Shown in pieces: positions 30,491 through 43,311 of a stretch of 64,000 bases of DNA. Under the pieces are notes generated by a model, which was not told the origin of the DNA, made no database searches, and saw only the letters and a list, made by a program, of their open reading frames with translations. This stretch comes from Clostridia bacterium (GTDB taxonomy: Bacteria > Bacillota > Clostridia > JAAYHZ01). The first letter of the stretch is position 1; each line of letters begins with the position of its first letter. The stretch spans positions 64,001-128,000 of the forward strand of contig JBMNIH010000008.1 in NCBI GenBank assembly GCA_050950825.1. The letters run 5' to 3'. A program made the position numbers and the translations under genes.

Positions 30491-31483
30491 TCACATTCGT
30501 TGGATCAAAAGTTCAGCGATCTGAACCGCATTTGTCGCAGCGCCTTTTCGAATGTTGTCGGCTACGACCCACAAATTGATTCCGTGTTCCACACTCTCGT
30601 CTTTACGAATTCTTCCTACAAAAACTTCGTCTTTATCTTTTGCGTTAATGGCCATGGGATACACTTTATTCTTCACGTCGTCTTGCACAACAATACCCTT
30701 GCTTTCGGACAGTACTTTACGAAGAAGGTCCAAATCAACAGGGCGTTCACATTCCACGTTTATGGATTCGCTGTGGCAATCGAAAACGGGAACCCTTACG
30801 GTAGTAGCCGTTACTCTTAAGTTCGGCAAGCCCATAATCTTCCGGGTTTCGTTTACCATTTTCATTTCTTCTTTAGTGTACCCGTTATCCAGAAAATCGT
30901 CAATGTGGGGCAGGCAATTGTTTGCAATGGGATGCGGGAATTTTTCCGGAGGCAAACCTTCCAGCCCGTTCTTTAAATCGTTGTAGCCGGCCATACCTGC
31001 ACCCGATACGGCTTGGTATGTGGAATAGACCACTCTTTTAATTCCGAACAAATCATGAATCGGCTTCAATACCACAACGGCTTGGATTGTAGAGCAGTTA
31101 GGATTGGCAATGATTCCCTTATGGTTTTCCAAAGCGGTAGGATTAACCTCCGGAACCACCAAAGGAACCCCCGGATCCATTCTCCATGCGCTGCTGTTGT
31201 CCACAACGATGCAGCCTTTCGAAGCGGCAATCGGTGCAAAAATTTTGCTGTTGGATGCACCGGCCGAGAATAACGCTATATCGAATCCTCTATCAAAAGA
31301 GGTTTCCGTCAACTCCTCTACAATAACCGTTTTGCCTTTAAATTGTATTTCTTTGCCCTTCGACCTTGCCGAAGCGAAGACAGCGATTTCATCAATCGGG
31401 AAATCTCTTTCTTCCAGCACTTTTAATATGGTCCTGCCGACCATACCTGTTGCTCCTACTACTGCCAATCTGATCTTTTTCAT
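30491..31483 (-). CDS. asd: Aspartate-semialdehyde dehydrogenase
   Basis: GATGMVG, NPNCST, SGAG, DNIRKGAA. Confidence 0.96.
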   Translation of the reverse strand: MKKIRLAVVGATGMVGRTILKVLEERDFPIDEIAVFASARSKGKEIQFKGKTVIVEELTETSFDRGFDIALFSAGASNSKIFAPIAASKGCIVVDNSSAWRMDPGVPLVVPEVNPTALENHKGIIANPNCSTIQAVVVLKPIHDLFGIKRVVYSTYQAVSGAGMAGYNDLKNGLEGLPPEKFPHPIANNCLPHIDDFLDNGYTKEEMKMVNETRKIMGLPNLRVTATTVRVPVFDCHSESINVECERPVDLDLLRKVLSESKGIVVQDDVKNKVYPMAINAKDKDEVFVGRIRKDESVEHGINLWVVADNIRKGAATNAVQIAELLIQRM

Positions 31484-31565
31484 AGCACCCTCCAATTATA
31501 TACACTTTATTATATGCGCAAATGATAAAATGTTTAAATGACGGCTTCCGGTCTTATGATTGAGT

Positions 31566-31593
31566 AAAAAATAAAACCGGCATTTGTGCCGGC
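31566..31593 (-). terminator. Riboswitch expression-platform terminator
   Basis: GCCGGCAC AAAT GCCGGTTTTATTTTTT between the aptamer and asd. Confidence 0.8.
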
Positions 31594-31629
31594 TTCCGCT
31601 AACAATTATAAATAGACAAATTGCGGTCG

Positions 31630-31802
31630 GAAGATAGCACTCCATCAAGTAACTTGATGACAGTTTTAAGGCTCTTAACCTTAAACCCAGAAGAAAACGT
31701 TCGGACCCGTTCTCTTCTTCGGCATCTTTTCCTTTCAACGAAGATCGTCAAGCACCGTGCTCTCCCTTTCGTTTACTCATAAAAAATGCGCCTCTATCAT
31801 TC
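31630..31802 (-). ncRNA. Lysine riboswitch (L-box)
   Basis: GATAGAGGCGC...GAAAGG...TGCCGAA...CTGTC...GGAGTGCTATC core; lies upstream of asd-dapA-dapB. Confidence 0.93.
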
Positions 31803-31820
31803 ACCTCTTTCGGTTAATTT

Positions 31821-31849
31821 ACTATACCATCATTCCGGTTCGTTGTCAA
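31821..31849 (-). promoter_or_regulatory. Sigma-A promoter of the lysine riboswitch/asd operon
   Basis: TTGACA-17 nt-TATAGT with extended TG. Confidence 0.8.
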
Positions 31850-31866
31850 TTCTTATTTTATCAATT

Positions 31867-31892
31867 AAAAAGCGGCCGGAAGTCCGGCCGCT
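31867..31892 (-). terminator. lon terminator
   Basis: AGCGGCCGGA CT TCCGGCCGCT TTTT. Confidence 0.8.
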
Positions 31893-31902
31893 CCCTATTT
31901 CT

Positions 31903-34332
31903 TTATTGTCCGATCATGTTCGGTTTCGGTGAAGGCATGTCCTTGTTCACCGCAGGCAATGCGTATTCGTTATTGGCTGTGTTGTTTTCCGTGATTTTAT
32001 TATGCAAATCGGCTTTCGCTATCGGCATGGATACCAACGCGATTTTCAATACTTCATCCATGGTTCTTACCGATACGAATTTCAAATGCTCTTTAATATA
32101 TGCGGAAATGTCGTGCAAATCGGGAACATTCTCCTCCGGAATGATAACCGTATCCACTCCGGCTCGGTGAGCCGCCATGGTTTTTTCTTTCAATCCGCCG
32201 ATAGGCAGCACGTTTCCTCTCAAAGTCAATTCTCCCGTCATGGCTACATTGGACTTCACTTTAATTCCCGTTAACGCGGAAACGATGGCGGTACACAAGG
32301 TAATACCCGCGGAGGGACCGTCCTTCGGAACCGCTCCTTCCGGAACATGAACGTGGATATCGCTGTTTTTATAGAAATCGGGATCGATTCCGTATTCGTT
32401 GCTCTTGGTTCGAATGTAGCTGATGGCGATCTTTGCCGATTCCTTCATGACTTCGCCCAGGTTACCGGTCAATTCGATTCTTCCGGTGCCGGGCATGATA
32501 TTCACTTCGATCAACAAGGTATCTCCTCCGACGGAGGTCCATGCCAAGCCTCTCGCTACACCCACGAGGCTGTCTTTTAATGTCTTGTCCACACGGTACT
32601 TTTTGGGTCCCAAAAATTCTTCCGCATTTTTCAGACTAATGGTAAGGGATTTTTTATTGCCGGTCACCAAATACTTGGCGGCTTTTCTGCATAAGGATGC
32701 AATTTCTCTTTCCAAATTACGGACACCGGCTTCACGGGTATAGTACTTAATGATGAGGTCTACCGCCTCATCCTTGATACGGAGCTTGCTTTTGTTCAAT
32801 CCATGCAATTTCAACTGCTTGGGTATCAAGTATTTCACGGCGATATTCATTTTTTCGATATCCGTATACCCGGGTATGCGGATAACTTCCATGCGGTCCA
32901 GCAAAGGTCGGGGTATGGTATCCAGCGTGTTTGCCGTGGTGATAAACATGATTTTGGATAAGTCAAAGGGAACTTCCAGATAATGATCGCGGAAAGCATA
33001 GTTTTGTTCCGTATCCAAAACCTCCAATAGCGCCGCGGCAGGGTCTCCCCTGAAATCACCGGCCAATTTATCAATCTCATCAAGTAAGATCAAAGCATTT
33101 TTCGATTCGGCTTGCTTCACGGCTTTGATAATTCTCCCGGGCATGGCACCGATATAGGTTCTTCTGTGTCCTCGAATTTCCGCTTCGTCTCGCACGCCGC
33201 CTAAGGACATGCGGACATACTTTCGGTTCATGGCGCGGGCAATGGATTTGGCAATGGAGGTCTTCCCTACTCCCGGAGGTCCTACCAAGCATAATACCGG
33301 GCTTTTTCCTTCTTTTTTCAAGGATTTTACCGCCAAAAACTCGATAATGCGTTCTTTTACTTGTTCCAATCCGTAATGATCTTCATTCAAAATGTTCTCT
33401 GCAATATGAATATCCAAGCGGTCCTTGGTTTCTTTATTCCAGGGCAAATCGAAGATCCATTCCAAATACGTACGGATTACGGTGGCTTCCGGAGACATGG
33501 ACTGCATTTTTCTTAAGCGGTTGATCTCTTTGAGAATTCTCTCGAATTCCGCTTCTTCAAAGTTCAGGTCCAAAAGCCTTTCCACATATTCATCGCATTC
33601 GGCAACGGTGCTGTCGCTCTCTCCCAATTCGTCGGAAATGACTTTGATTTGCTCTCTTAAATAGTATTCCCTTTGGGATCGCTCCATTTGCTGCTTGACA
33701 CGGCGATTGATGTCCTTTTCAATCTCCAGAATCTCCACTTCTTTTGTCAAATGCTTAATCAGCATGTTCATTCTCTTGTATACGTCCCGTTCGGCCAAAA
33801 AGGCTTGTTTTTCTTCCACCTTCATGTAAATGGCCGCCGAGATCATATCCGTTAAACGACCCATTTCTTTCGCTTCCAATACGGAAACGACGGATTCCGG
33901 AGACATTTTTCCCGAAAGCTTAACGACCTCCTCGAAGTTTTTGATAAGGCTTCTTCGTAAAGCTTCCACTTCTTCATTCATTTCCACGTCAACATCTTCC
34001 AATACTTCATATTGGGCAATGAAGTAAGGATCGGTCTGGGTAATCTTTACTATTTTAACGCGGCTAATTCCCTCTACCAATACGCGTATCGTTCCATCCG
34101 GCAGCTTTAAAAGCTGCTTTATTTTTGAGTAGCATCCCACATCATAAATATCGTCTTTTGTAGGCGATTCGATGGAAGCGTCCTTTTGCGCAACCAAAAG
34201 GATATGCTGATCGTTCACCATTGCATCTTCCAACGCTTTGATGGACATTTCTCTTCCTACATCAAAGTAGGGAATCATGTATGGAAATATAACGAGCCCC
34301 CTTAACGGTAACAGCGGTATATAATTTGTCAA
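31903..34332 (-). CDS. lon: ATP-dependent Lon protease
   Basis: LPLR N-domain, [24 protein letters not shown]. Confidence 0.97.
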   Translation of the reverse strand: MTNYIPLLPLRGLVIFPYMIPYFDVGREMSIKALEDAMVNDQHILLVAQKDASIESPTKDDIYDVGCYSKIKQLLKLPDGTIRVLVEGISRVKIVKITQTDPYFIAQYEVLEDVDVEMNEEVEALRRSLIKNFEEVVKLSGKMSPESVVSVLEAKEMGRLTDMISAAIYMKVEEKQAFLAERDVYKRMNMLIKHLTKEVEILEIEKDINRRVKQQMERSQREYYLREQIKVISDELGESDSTVAECDEYVERLLDLNFEEAEFERILKEINRLRKMQSMSPEATVIRTYLEWIFDLPWNKETKDRLDIHIAENILNEDHYGLEQVKERIIEFLAVKSLKKEGKSPVLCLVGPPGVGKTSIAKSIARAMNRKYVRMSLGGVRDEAEIRGHRRTYIGAMPGRIIKAVKQAESKNALILLDEIDKLAGDFRGDPAAALLEVLDTEQNYAFRDHYLEVPFDLSKIMFITTANTLDTIPRPLLDRMEVIRIPGYTDIEKMNIAVKYLIPKQLKLHGLNKSKLRIKDEAVDLIIKYYTREAGVRNLEREIASLCRKAAKYLVTGNKKSLTISLKNAEEFLGPKKYRVDKTLKDSLVGVARGLAWTSVGGDTLLIEVNIMPGTGRIELTGNLGEVMKESAKIAISYIRTKSNEYGIDPDFYKNSDIHVHVPEGAVPKDGPSAGITLCTAIVSALTGIKVKSNVAMTGELTLRGNVLPIGGLKEKTMAAHRAGVDTVIIPEENVPDLHDISAYIKEHLKFVSVRTMDEVLKIALVSMPIAKADLHNKITENNTANNEYALPAVNKDMPSPKPNMIGQ

Positions 34333-34494
34333 ATTCTGTTTCTGTATTCATAGTATTACCTCACAAAATTCTCTTTACGCTATAAAATGTAACATCATTA
34401 TATACACAAATAGCCGTTTTATCAAATGTAATAATCACCAACGTAAAAGGTAGAGAATCCGGTCGTATTTTCCACGTATCCTTTTCGAGCCGTT

Positions 34495-34530
34495 AAAAAA
34501 AGGGCTGCCGCCTTCGGCAACCCGGTTTTT
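34495..34530 (-). terminator. tuf terminator
   Basis: GGGTTGCCG AAGG CGGCAGCCC TTTTTTT. Confidence 0.8.
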
Positions 34531-34539
34531 CATGAATCA

Positions 34540-35742
34540 TTATTTAATCAGCTTCGAAACGGTACCTGCTCCGACGGTTCTTCCGCCTTCACGAATAGCG
34601 AATCTCAAACCTAAGTCCATAGCGATGGGAGTGATCAGTTTAATGGACATGGTAATGTGGTCGCCGGGGATACACATTTCAACGCCTTCCGGAAGTTGAA
34701 TAACACCGGTAACGTCCGTGGTTCTGAAGTAGAACTGAGGTCTGTAACCGCTGAAGAACGGATTTTGTCTTCCGCCTTCTTCCTTGGTCAATACGTAAAC
34801 TTGACCTTCGAATTCAGTGTACGGTGTAATGGTTCCGGGAGCTGCCAATACTTGTCCTCTTTCGATTTCGTTTCTTTGGATACCTCTGAGCAAGCATCCT
34901 ACGTTGTCACCTGCTTGAGCAAGGTCGAGAATCTTTCTGAACATTTCAACACCGGTTACAACGGTCTTCTTGGTTTCTCTGATACCAACGATTTCAACGG
35001 CTTCACCGACTTTAATGGTTCCGCGTTCTACTCTACCTGTAGCAACGGTTCCACGTCCGGTAATGGTGAATACGTCTTCTACCGGCATCAAGAAGGGTTG
35101 ATCTACTGCACGGTCCGGTTGCGGAATGTAGTTGTCAACTTCTTCCATTAATTTTAAAATGGGAGCATATTCGGGAGCGTTAGGATCCTTGGAATCGGAT
35201 TCAAGAGCTTGTAATGCAGATCCTCTAACGATGGGAATTTCGTCTCCGGGGAAATCGTATTCGGATAACAGTTCTCTTAATTCCATTTCAACCAATTCTA
35301 ACAATTCTTCGTCGTCAACTTGGTCTACCTTGTTCAAGAAAACAACGATGTTCGGAACACCTACCTGACGTGCAAGAAGGATGTGTTCTCTCGTCTGCGG
35401 CATGGGACCGTCAGCTGCGGATACAACAAGGATAGCTCCGTCCATCTGAGCAGCACCGGTAATCATGTTCTTAACATAGTCCGCGTGTCCCGGGCAGTCC
35501 ACGTGAGCGTAGTGTCTATTTTCCGTTTCATACTCAACGTGAGATGTATTGATGGTGATTCCTCTTTCCTTCTCTTCAGGAGCCTTGTCGATCTGGTCAT
35601 ATGCCTTAAATTCAATCTTGCTGTTACTCATAGCCAGTACTTTTGTTATAGCTGCTGTAAGAGTAGTTTTTCCATGGTCAACGTGTCCAATGGTTCCGAT
35701 GTTGCAATGGGGTTTGGTCCTTTCAAATTTAGCTTTTGCCAT
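34540..35742 (-). CDS. tuf: Elongation factor Tu
   Basis: [32 protein letters not shown]; RBS AAGGAGGAG. Confidence 0.99.
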   Translation of the reverse strand: MAKAKFERTKPHCNIGTIGHVDHGKTTLTAAITKVLAMSNSKIEFKAYDQIDKAPEEKERGITINTSHVEYETENRHYAHVDCPGHADYVKNMITGAAQMDGAILVVSAADGPMPQTREHILLARQVGVPNIVVFLNKVDQVDDEELLELVEMELRELLSEYDFPGDEIPIVRGSALQALESDSKDPNAPEYAPILKLMEEVDNYIPQPDRAVDQPFLMPVEDVFTITGRGTVATGRVERGTIKVGEAVEIVGIRETKKTVVTGVEMFRKILDLAQAGDNVGCLLRGIQRNEIERGQVLAAPGTITPYTEFEGQVYVLTKEEGGRQNPFFSGYRPQFYFRTTDVTGVIQLPEGVEMCIPGDHITMSIKLITPIAMDLGLRFAIREGGRTVGAGTVSKLIK

Positions 35743-35925
35743 TTTGAAATTCTCCTCCTTCACTAATAATTACTTACTATATTTTTTGTTTTGTAGTTGT
35801 AATAAGCCGATTTATACTCAAGCCAATTACGCCTTACAAGCTTCTTATAAGACCAATTTTTGATCATTGTTTATATTACATCATTTTATACTGTCAAACA
35901 ACTTATTTCAACCATTATTTCTAAA

Positions 35926-37989
35926 TTATTTTGACAGATTATTTAACAAACTATCCGGTACTTGCTCGTAATGGGAAAATTGCATAGTAAATACGCCGCG
36001 TCCCTGTGTCTTTGAACGTAAAATTGTCGCATAGCCGAACATTTCGGCCAAAGGCACTTTTGCAGTAATGGTTTGGGCATTGTTCTGGGCGGACATACCG
36101 TCAATCTTGCCTCTTCTTGAGCTCATATCTCCGATGACATCACCCATGTATTCTTCCGGAACGACAATATCCACTCTCATAACAGGTTCCATCAATACCG
36201 GGTCCGCTTTCTTACAAGCTTCTTTAAATGCCATGGATCCTGCAATTTTAAACGCCAATTCCGATGAATCCACTTCATGATAGGATCCGTCGAGCAGCGT
36301 AACTTTTACGTCCAGCACCTGATATCCGGCTAAAACACCGGAATTCATTGCATCCTTAATACCGGCTTCGATCGGTGCAATGTATTCTTTCGGAATGACA
36401 CCGCCAACGATCTTGTTTTCAAATACAAATCCCTTACCCGCTTGCAGCGGTTCGATCTCGACGACACAGTGTCCGTATTGGCCCCGTCCTCCGGTTTGCC
36501 TTATGAACTTACCTTCGCCGACGGCTTTTTTAGTAATGGTTTCTTTATAGGAAACCTGAGGCTTTCCTACATTGGCTTCCACGTTAAACTCCCTCAGCAA
36601 ACGGTTAACGATGATTTCAAGATACAGTTCTCCCATACCTGCAATCAAAGTCTGCCCGGTTTCCTCGTTTGTAATCGTTCGGAAGGTAGGATCTTCCTCT
36701 CCTAATTTTGCAAGAGCCGACATCATCTTATCCTGCATAGCCTTCGTCTTCGGTTCGATGGCAATTTGAATAACCGGTTCGGGGAATTCGATCGCTTCCA
36801 ATACGATGGGTTCATCCTCGGAGCACAACGTATCCCCGGTGGTGGTAAATTTCAAACCGACAGCCGCAGCGATGTCACCGGCATAAACCGCCGGGATCTC
36901 TTCTCGATGATTGGCATGCATTTGCAGAATTCGTCCGACCCGTTCCTTTCTTCCTCTTACCGAGTTGTATACATAGGAACCGGCTTCCAGTTTACCTGAG
37001 TAAACTCGGAAAAAGCACAGTTTTCCTACGAAAGGATCGGTCATAATTTTAAACGCCAGTGCACAGAACTTCTCGTTGTCGTCGGCGGCTCTTTCTATGA
37101 CCTCGTCGCTGTCAAGCTTCTTCCCCTTAACGTTAGGAATATCTAAGGGCGACGGCAAATAGTCCACGATCGCATCCAACAGTTTTTGTACACCTTTGTT
37201 CTTATAGGATGATCCGCAAAGCACGGGAATAATGCTCACGTTGATAGTGGCCACCCGAAGACCTTTTTTAATTTGTTCCACGGATAATTCTCCGCCTCCG
37301 CAATAAATCTCCATTAAGTCTTCGTCGTTTTCGACAACCGACTCTAAGAGTTTTTCACGAAAAGCCAAAGCGGATTCCATGTATTCTTCAGGCACATCCC
37401 GTTCTTCAATATCCACACCCAGCTCATCTTTATAGAAAAACGCTCTCATGGTGATCAAATCGATGATTCCTTTAAATTCGCTTTCCTTGCCGATCGGCAG
37501 CTGAATAGGAACCGGATTGGCACCAAGGCGCTCCTTCATCATTTTGACACAACGTAAAAAATCCGCCCCCACGATATCCATTTTATTGATATAGGCTATG
37601 CGGGGTACACCGTATTTGTCCGCTTGTCTCCAAACTGTTTCCGTCTGCGGTTCAACCCCGCCTTTTGCACAAAAAACGGTTACCGCACCATCGAGAACTC
37701 GAAGAGAACGCTCTACTTCAACAGTAAAGTCAACGTGTCCCGGCGTATCTATAATGTTGATTCTTTTACCCTTCCAAAATGACGTCGTCGATGCCGAGCT
37801 AATGGTAATTCCGCGCTCTTGCTCCTGAACCATAAAGTCCATGGTAGCGGATCCCTCATGTACCTCTCCCATTTTACGTACTTTTCCCGTATAGTACAGA
37901 ATACGTTCGGTGGTAGTGGTCTTTCCGGCATCGATATGGGCCATGATACCTATATTTCTCGTATCGGCCAGCGAGTACATTCGAGACAT
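35926..37989 (-). CDS. fusA: Elongation factor G
   Basis: [25 protein letters not shown]; str operon position. Confidence 0.98.
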   Translation of the reverse strand: MSRMYSLADTRNIGIMAHIDAGKTTTTERILYYTGKVRKMGEVHEGSATMDFMVQEQERGITISSASTTSFWKGKRINIIDTPGHVDFTVEVERSLRVLDGAVTVFCAKGGVEPQTETVWRQADKYGVPRIAYINKMDIVGADFLRCVKMMKERLGANPVPIQLPIGKESEFKGIIDLITMRAFFYKDELGVDIEERDVPEEYMESALAFREKLLESVVENDEDLMEIYCGGGELSVEQIKKGLRVATINVSIIPVLCGSSYKNKGVQKLLDAIVDYLPSPLDIPNVKGKKLDSDEVIERAADDNEKFCALAFKIMTDPFVGKLCFFRVYSGKLEAGSYVYNSVRGRKERVGRILQMHANHREEIPAVYAGDIAAAVGLKFTTTGDTLCSEDEPIVLEAIEFPEPVIQIAIEPKTKAMQDKMMSALAKLGEEDPTFRTITNEETGQTLIAGMGELYLEIIVNRLLREFNVEANVGKPQVSYKETITKKAVGEGKFIRQTGGRGQYGHCVVEIEPLQAGKGFVFENKIVGGVIPKEYIAPIEAGIKDAMNSGVLAGYQVLDVKVTLLDGSYHEVDSSELAFKIAGSMAFKEACKKADPVLMEPVMRVDIVVPEEYMGDVIGDMSSRRGKIDGMSAQNNAQTITAKVPLAEMFGYATILRSKTQGRGVFTMQFSHYEQVPDSLLNNLSK

Positions 37990-38139
37990 CGTTCATCCTC
38001 CTTTCATTCTGTAGTACAAATCATTTCAAATAAAAAATGCACGATTCTCCAAACTCTTTCTCTGTATCTACAATAGATGCGGAAAATACACTTCCCGCAT
38101 CTTCTGTATATAACCTTAATATATTCTTTCCTTGTAGCT

Positions 38140-38610
38140 TTACCATCTGTAATGAGCAAACGCTTTGTTTGCTTCGGCCATCTTGTGGGTGTCTTCCTTC
38201 TTCCTGACGGCTCCGCCGGTGTTGTTCAAAGCATCCATCAATTCCCCGGCTAAACGTAAGCTCATGGTGCGCTCACCGCGCTGTCTGGCATATAATACAA
38301 GCCATCTTAAGCCTAACGCTTGCCTACGTTCGGGTCTGACTTCCACCGGTACTTGGTAGGTAGCGCCCCCTACTCTTCTGGACTTAACTTCCAGAACGGG
38401 CATGATGTTTTCCAAAGCCTGACGAAATACATCCAAAGCGTCTTTTCCGGTTTTTTCACTGACGATCCGGAATGCTTCGTAGCAAATCTTCTGGGCTGTT
38501 CCTTTTTTACCGTCTAACATGATATTATTGATTAACTTCGTAACCACAACATCGTTGTAAATAGGGTCGGGTAAGACTTCCCTTTTGGCTACATGTCCTT
38601 TTCTAGGCAC
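38140..38610 (-). CDS. rpsG: 30S ribosomal protein S7
   Basis: GTG start, MPRKG...[11 protein letters not shown]...[12 protein letters not shown]. Confidence 0.98.
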   Translation of the reverse strand: MPRKGHVAKREVLPDPIYNDVVVTKLINNIMLDGKKGTAQKICYEAFRIVSEKTGKDALDVFRQALENIMPVLEVKSRRVGGATYQVPVEVRPERRQALGLRWLVLYARQRGERTMSLRLAGELMDALNNTGGAVRKKEDTHKMAEANKAFAHYRW

Positions 38611-38784
38611 TTGACTTCCCTCCTTCTGCATTATTGATACATAACGTATCGCGTAGATTTCATCGGTACTCGCAGCTTCTGGCAGACTGCGTAAAGTGCA
38701 GCTAATATATTCATTCTATATAAATATATATAAATATATTCTCAGCACCTTTGATACACAAACAAACAGGTGTTAACACCGTGA

Positions 38785-39198
<414 letters not shown>

Positions 39199-39361
39199 AA
39201 TATAGTCCTCCTCTCAAATTGATATTATTACTTTTATTGCTTTTGATTATGCAAGCCTTCCGTTTGAATAAAACAGCCGGTTTCCAACCAAAATGCAGAT
39301 TTTAAGCACCATAACATTTTATCACCGGCATTTTGGATTTGTCAACAAAAATTTCACAATC

Positions 39362-39391
39362 AAAAGAGCTCACTCGGAAGTGAGCTCTTTT
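39362..39391. terminator. rpoC terminator
   Basis: AAAAGAGCTCACT CGGA AGTGAGCTCTTTT. Confidence 0.85.
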
Positions 39392-39423
39392 GACATCCGA
39401 TTCTTTCTATTTACGGATTCCGA

Positions 39424-42400
39424 TTAAAACTCGTCGTCTTCGTCCGAAAAATCGTCATCGGACAAATCGTACTCGTCGTCATCCTCAAAGCCCAAGTCCA
39501 AATCCAAATTGCTGTCAAGGGACAAATCCTCGTCTTCATCGAGGAGCAAATCAAAATCTTGATCCGACGACTCGTCGATATCCTCTTCCTCGTCGTCCAA
39601 ATCGTAGTCTTCGTCCACCAAATCTTCCGTATCTTCGTCTTCCTGTACAAAGTACGTTTTCTTGCCGGTTTTTTCGCCGCCGTCCAAAGCGTAGTCGTCC
39701 AAGAAGCTTTGGCTGCTTTGCTTTAACGCTTCTTTGTAGGCTTTTTCATCGATCGGTATAATCTGTTCGGTCTTTCCTTCGTAGTCGATATCGATTTCCT
39801 TATACCGCTTCATACCGGTACCTGCCGGGATGAGCTTACCGATAATGACGTTTTCCTTCAAGCCTACCAGAGGATCTACCTTGCCTTTGATGGCCGCGTC
39901 GGTCAGCACACGGGTGGTTTCTTGGAAGGATGCGGCGGACAGGAAGGAATCCATTGCCAAGGATGCCTTTGTAATACCCAAAAGCACTCTCGATCCCGTT
40001 GCCGGCTCCAAGCCCTTGCTTTCCATCAGCTTGTTCTGATCCCAGAACTCGAATATATCCACCAAGCTTCCCGGGAGCATATCGGTGTCTCCGGGATTTT
40101 CCACTTTCACTTTTCTCATCATCTGACGAACAATTACTTCGATATGTTTGTCATTGATGTCAACGCCCTGCAGTCTGTAAACCTTTTGGACTTCATGAGC
40201 CAAATACTCCTGAACTCCGCGAGCGCCCTTGATTTTCAATATATCATGGGGATTTACCGAACCTTCGGTAATTTCGTCACCGGCTTCTATCCAATCGCCG
40301 TCCGACACTTTCAGACGGGATCCGTAAGGAATGGAATAGCTCCTGCTGTCTCCTTCGGGATTGGTAACGATGACATCCCTCTTTTTCTTCGTTTCATGAA
40401 TTTCCACACGACCGGCTATTTCACTTACGATAGCCAAGCCCTTCGGTTTGCGTGCTTCAAACAACTCTTCCACACGAGGCAAACCTTGTGTAATGTCGCT
40501 TCCCGCAACACCGCCGGTATGGAAGGTACGCATGGTCAGCTGGGTACCCGGCTCGCCGATGGATTGGGCGGCGATGATACCTACCGCTTCCCCGATATCG
40601 ACTTCCGTAGCGGTGGCCAAGTTGATACCGTAGCATCTTGCGCAAACGCCGTGGCGCGTATTGCAGGTGAGTACCGAACGCACCAAGACCTTGCTGATGC
40701 CGGCCTTTTTAATTCTATCGGCATCTTGGTCGGAGATCATAACTCCTTTTTTAACGAGGACTTCTCCGGTTTCGGGATGAACCACGTCTTTGGCGGTGAA
40801 TCTTCCTACAATACGTTCTTCCAAAGATTCGATCACTTCTTTCCCGTCCATAATGGCCTTGACTTCAATGCCGTCTTCGCTGCCGCAATCCTTCTCGGTC
40901 ACAATAACGTCCTGGCTGACGTCCACCAAGCGGCGGGTCAAATAACCGGAGTCCGCCGTTCTTAAGGCCGTATCCGCCAAACCTTTTCTTGCACCGTGGC
41001 TGGAAATGAAGAATTCCAAAACGTTCAAGCCTTCACGGAAGCTGGACCGGATGGGGATTTCCACGGTTTTACCGGTGGTGTCGCTCATCAATCCGCGCAT
41101 AGCCGCAAGCTGCTTGATCTGCTTAACCTGACCTCTTGCTCCCGATGTGGACATCATGTACAAGGGATTGAATCGGCCTAAGTTTTCCATCAAAGCTTCC
41201 GTCAATGTGTCGTTGGTTCGGGTCCAGATATCGATAACCGATTTGTAGCGTTCTTCTTCGGAAATCAGACCGCGCTTAAATTGTCTTCCCACTTTGTCGA
41301 TCTCCGCTTCCGCTTGGGCCAACAAATCCTTCTTAATTGCGGGAATTTCCATATCGGTAATACCGATGGTAATGGCACCGCGGGTAGAGTACTTAAAGCC
41401 CAATTCCTTGATGCCGTCCAAAACCTCCGCCGTTTTAGCAATTCCGTGCTTTTTGATGCATCTTTCCACAATGGAGCTTAATTCCTTCTTACCGACGACA
41501 AACTGCACTTCCGGCTCAAACATTTTATCCGGATTGGTACGATCCACAAAGCCTAAATCCTGAGGTATGATCTCGTTGAAAATAATTCTTCCTGCCGTCG
41601 TCTCGATTAATTTATGCTTCTGAACTCCGTCCACCGTTCTTGTCATTCGAACTCTGACCTTCGTGTGGAGAGAGATGATACGCTCGTTATATGCATACAT
41701 CATTTCCGTTGTTGACGAAAATGCTTTACCTTCGTTCGGTTCCCCTTCTTTTACAATGGTCAGGTAGTAGCTACCTAAAATCATGTCCTGAGAAGGAACC
41801 GCTATGGGTTTTCCGTCCTTCGGTGCCAACAAGTTGTTCGCGGACAGCATTAAGAAACGGGCTTCCGCTTGGGCTTCCGCGGACAATGGTACGTGAACCG
41901 CCATTTGGTCGCCGTCAAAGTCCGCATTGTACGCCGTACAAACCAAAGGATGCAGCTTTATAGCTCTACCTTCTACCAGTACCGGTTCGAAGGCTTGGAT
42001 ACCTAAGCGGTGCAGCGTAGGAGCACGGTTCAGCAATACGGGATGTTCTTTGATGACTTCTTCCAAAACGTCCCATACTTCGTCTCGTACACGCTCTACC
42101 ATCCTTTTGGCATTCTTAATATTGTGAGCCGGTCCGTCTTGAACCAAGCGCTTCATAACGAAGGGTTTGAAAAGCTCCAACGCCATTTCCTTGGGCAAAC
42201 CGCATTGGTAAATCTTAAGCTCCGGACCTACCACGATAACCGAACGGCCGGAATAGTCTACACGTTTACCCAACAGGTTCTGACGGAAACGACCTTGCTT
42301 TCCTTTCAGCATATCGGACAAGGATTTCAACGGTCGGTTGCCGGGTCCCGTCACCGGTCTGCCGCGGCGGCCGTTATTAATCAAAGCGTCCACCGCTTCT

Positions 42401-43266
42401 TGAAGCATTCTTTTTTCGTTGCGTACGATAATGGAAGGCGCACCTAAATCCAATAGCTTCTTTAAGCGATTGTTACGGTTGATTACTCTTCGATACAAAT
42501 CGTTTAAATCGGAGGTAGCAAACCGTCCCCCGTCCAATTGAACCATAGGTCTCAATTCGGGCGGGATAACCGGGATGACATCCAAAACCATCCATTCCGG
42601 TCTGTTCCCGGATTTACGGAAGGCTTCCACCACCTCCAGCCTTTTGATCACACGGATCTTCTTTTGGCCGGTGGAGTTCCTTAAGGCTTCACGAAGCTCC
42701 GCCGCTTCCTTATCCAAATCGATGGATTCCAAAAGCTCCTTAACGGCTTCGGCACCCATGCCTACGCGGAATACATCGCCGAACTTTTCCAAGCTTTCTC
42801 TGTATTCTCTTTCGGTAAGCACTTGCTTTTTCATCAACAACGTAGGGCCCGGGTCCAAAACAACGTAAGCCGCAAAGTACAATACCTTTTCCAAGGCTCT
42901 CGGGGACATATCCAAAATCAAGCCCATTCGGCTGGGGATTCCCCTGAAATACCAAATATGTGAAACGGGTGCCGCCAATTCGATATGGCCCATCCGTTCT
43001 CTTCGTACATCGGAACGGGTGACTTCAACACCGCATCGATCGCAAACAATCCCTTTATACCGTATTCTTTTATATTTACCGCAATGACACTCCCAGTTCT
43101 TTGTCGGTCCAAAAATTCTTTCGCAGAACAAACCGTCTCTTTCCGGTTTTAATGTTCTGTAGTTTATCGTTTCCGGCTTTTTCACTTCGCCTCTTGACCA
43201 CTCACGGATCTTTTCCGGTGAAGCAAGGCCTATTCTAATTCTGTCAAAATTATTGAATTCTTGCAC
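39424..43266 (-). CDS. rpoC: RNA polymerase beta' subunit
   Basis: NADFDGDQM, Zn-binding Cys residues, TMRTFH. Confidence 0.99.
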   Translation of the reverse strand: MQEFNNFDRIRIGLASPEKIREWSRGEVKKPETINYRTLKPERDGLFCERIFGPTKNWECHCGKYKRIRYKGIVCDRCGVEVTRSDVRRERMGHIELAAPVSHIWYFRGIPSRMGLILDMSPRALEKVLYFAAYVVLDPGPTLLMKKQVLTEREYRESLEKFGDVFRVGMGAEAVKELLESIDLDKEAAELREALRNSTGQKKIRVIKRLEVVEAFRKSGNRPEWMVLDVIPVIPPELRPMVQLDGGRFATSDLNDLYRRVINRNNRLKKLLDLGAPSIIVRNEKRMLQEAVDALINNGRRGRPVTGPGNRPLKSLSDMLKGKQGRFRQNLLGKRVDYSGRSVIVVGPELKIYQCGLPKEMALELFKPFVMKRLVQDGPAHNIKNAKRMVERVRDEVWDVLEEVIKEHPVLLNRAPTLHRLGIQAFEPVLVEGRAIKLHPLVCTAYNADFDGDQMAVHVPLSAEAQAEARFLMLSANNLLAPKDGKPIAVPSQDMILGSYYLTIVKEGEPNEGKAFSSTTEMMYAYNERIISLHTKVRVRMTRTVDGVQKHKLIETTAGRIIFNEIIPQDLGFVDRTNPDKMFEPEVQFVVGKKELSSIVERCIKKHGIAKTAEVLDGIKELGFKYSTRGAITIGITDMEIPAIKKDLLAQAEAEIDKVGRQFKRGLISEEERYKSVIDIWTRTNDTLTEALMENLGRFNPLYMMSTSGARGQVKQIKQLAAMRGLMSDTTGKTVEIPIRSSFREGLNVLEFFISSHGARKGLADTALRTADSGYLTRRLVDVSQDVIVTEKDCGSEDGIEVKAIMDGKEVIESLEERIVGRFTAKDVVHPETGEVLVKKGVMISDQDADRIKKAGISKVLVRSVLTCNTRHGVCARCYGINLATATEVDIGEAVGIIAAQSIGEPGTQLTMRTFHTGGVAGSDITQGLPRVEELFEARKPKGLAIVSEIAGRVEIHETKKKRDVIVTNPEGDSRSYSIPYGSRLKVSDGDWIEAGDEITEGSVNPHDILKIKGARGVQEYLAHEVQKVYRLQGVDINDKHIEVIVRQMMRKVKVENPGDTDMLPGSLVDIFEFWDQNKLMESKGLEPATGSRVLLGITKASLAMDSFLSAASFQETTRVLTDAAIKGKVDPLVGLKENVIIGKLIPAGTGMKRYKEIDIDYEGKTEQIIPIDEKAYKEALKQSSQSFLDDYALDGGEKTGKKTYFVQEDEDTEDLVDEDYDLDDEEEDIDESSDQDFDLLLDEDEDLSLDSNLDLDLGFEDDDEYDLSDDDFSDEDDEF

Positions 43267-43311
43267 TTTAGGTTACTCCCTTCCGCATGGTTTTGCAGTC
43301 AAGCGACATGT

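Noticed and set aside
31496-31738. 80-aa ORF upstream of asd
   Set aside because: Overlaps the lysine riboswitch and its terminator.
39922-40965. 347-aa plus-strand ORF and similar long antisense ORFs (10706-11497, 11694-12491, 34657-35151)
   Set aside because: They shadow conserved minus-strand genes (rpoC, tldD, yhaM, tuf) and show no recognisable motifs; expected from codon bias.
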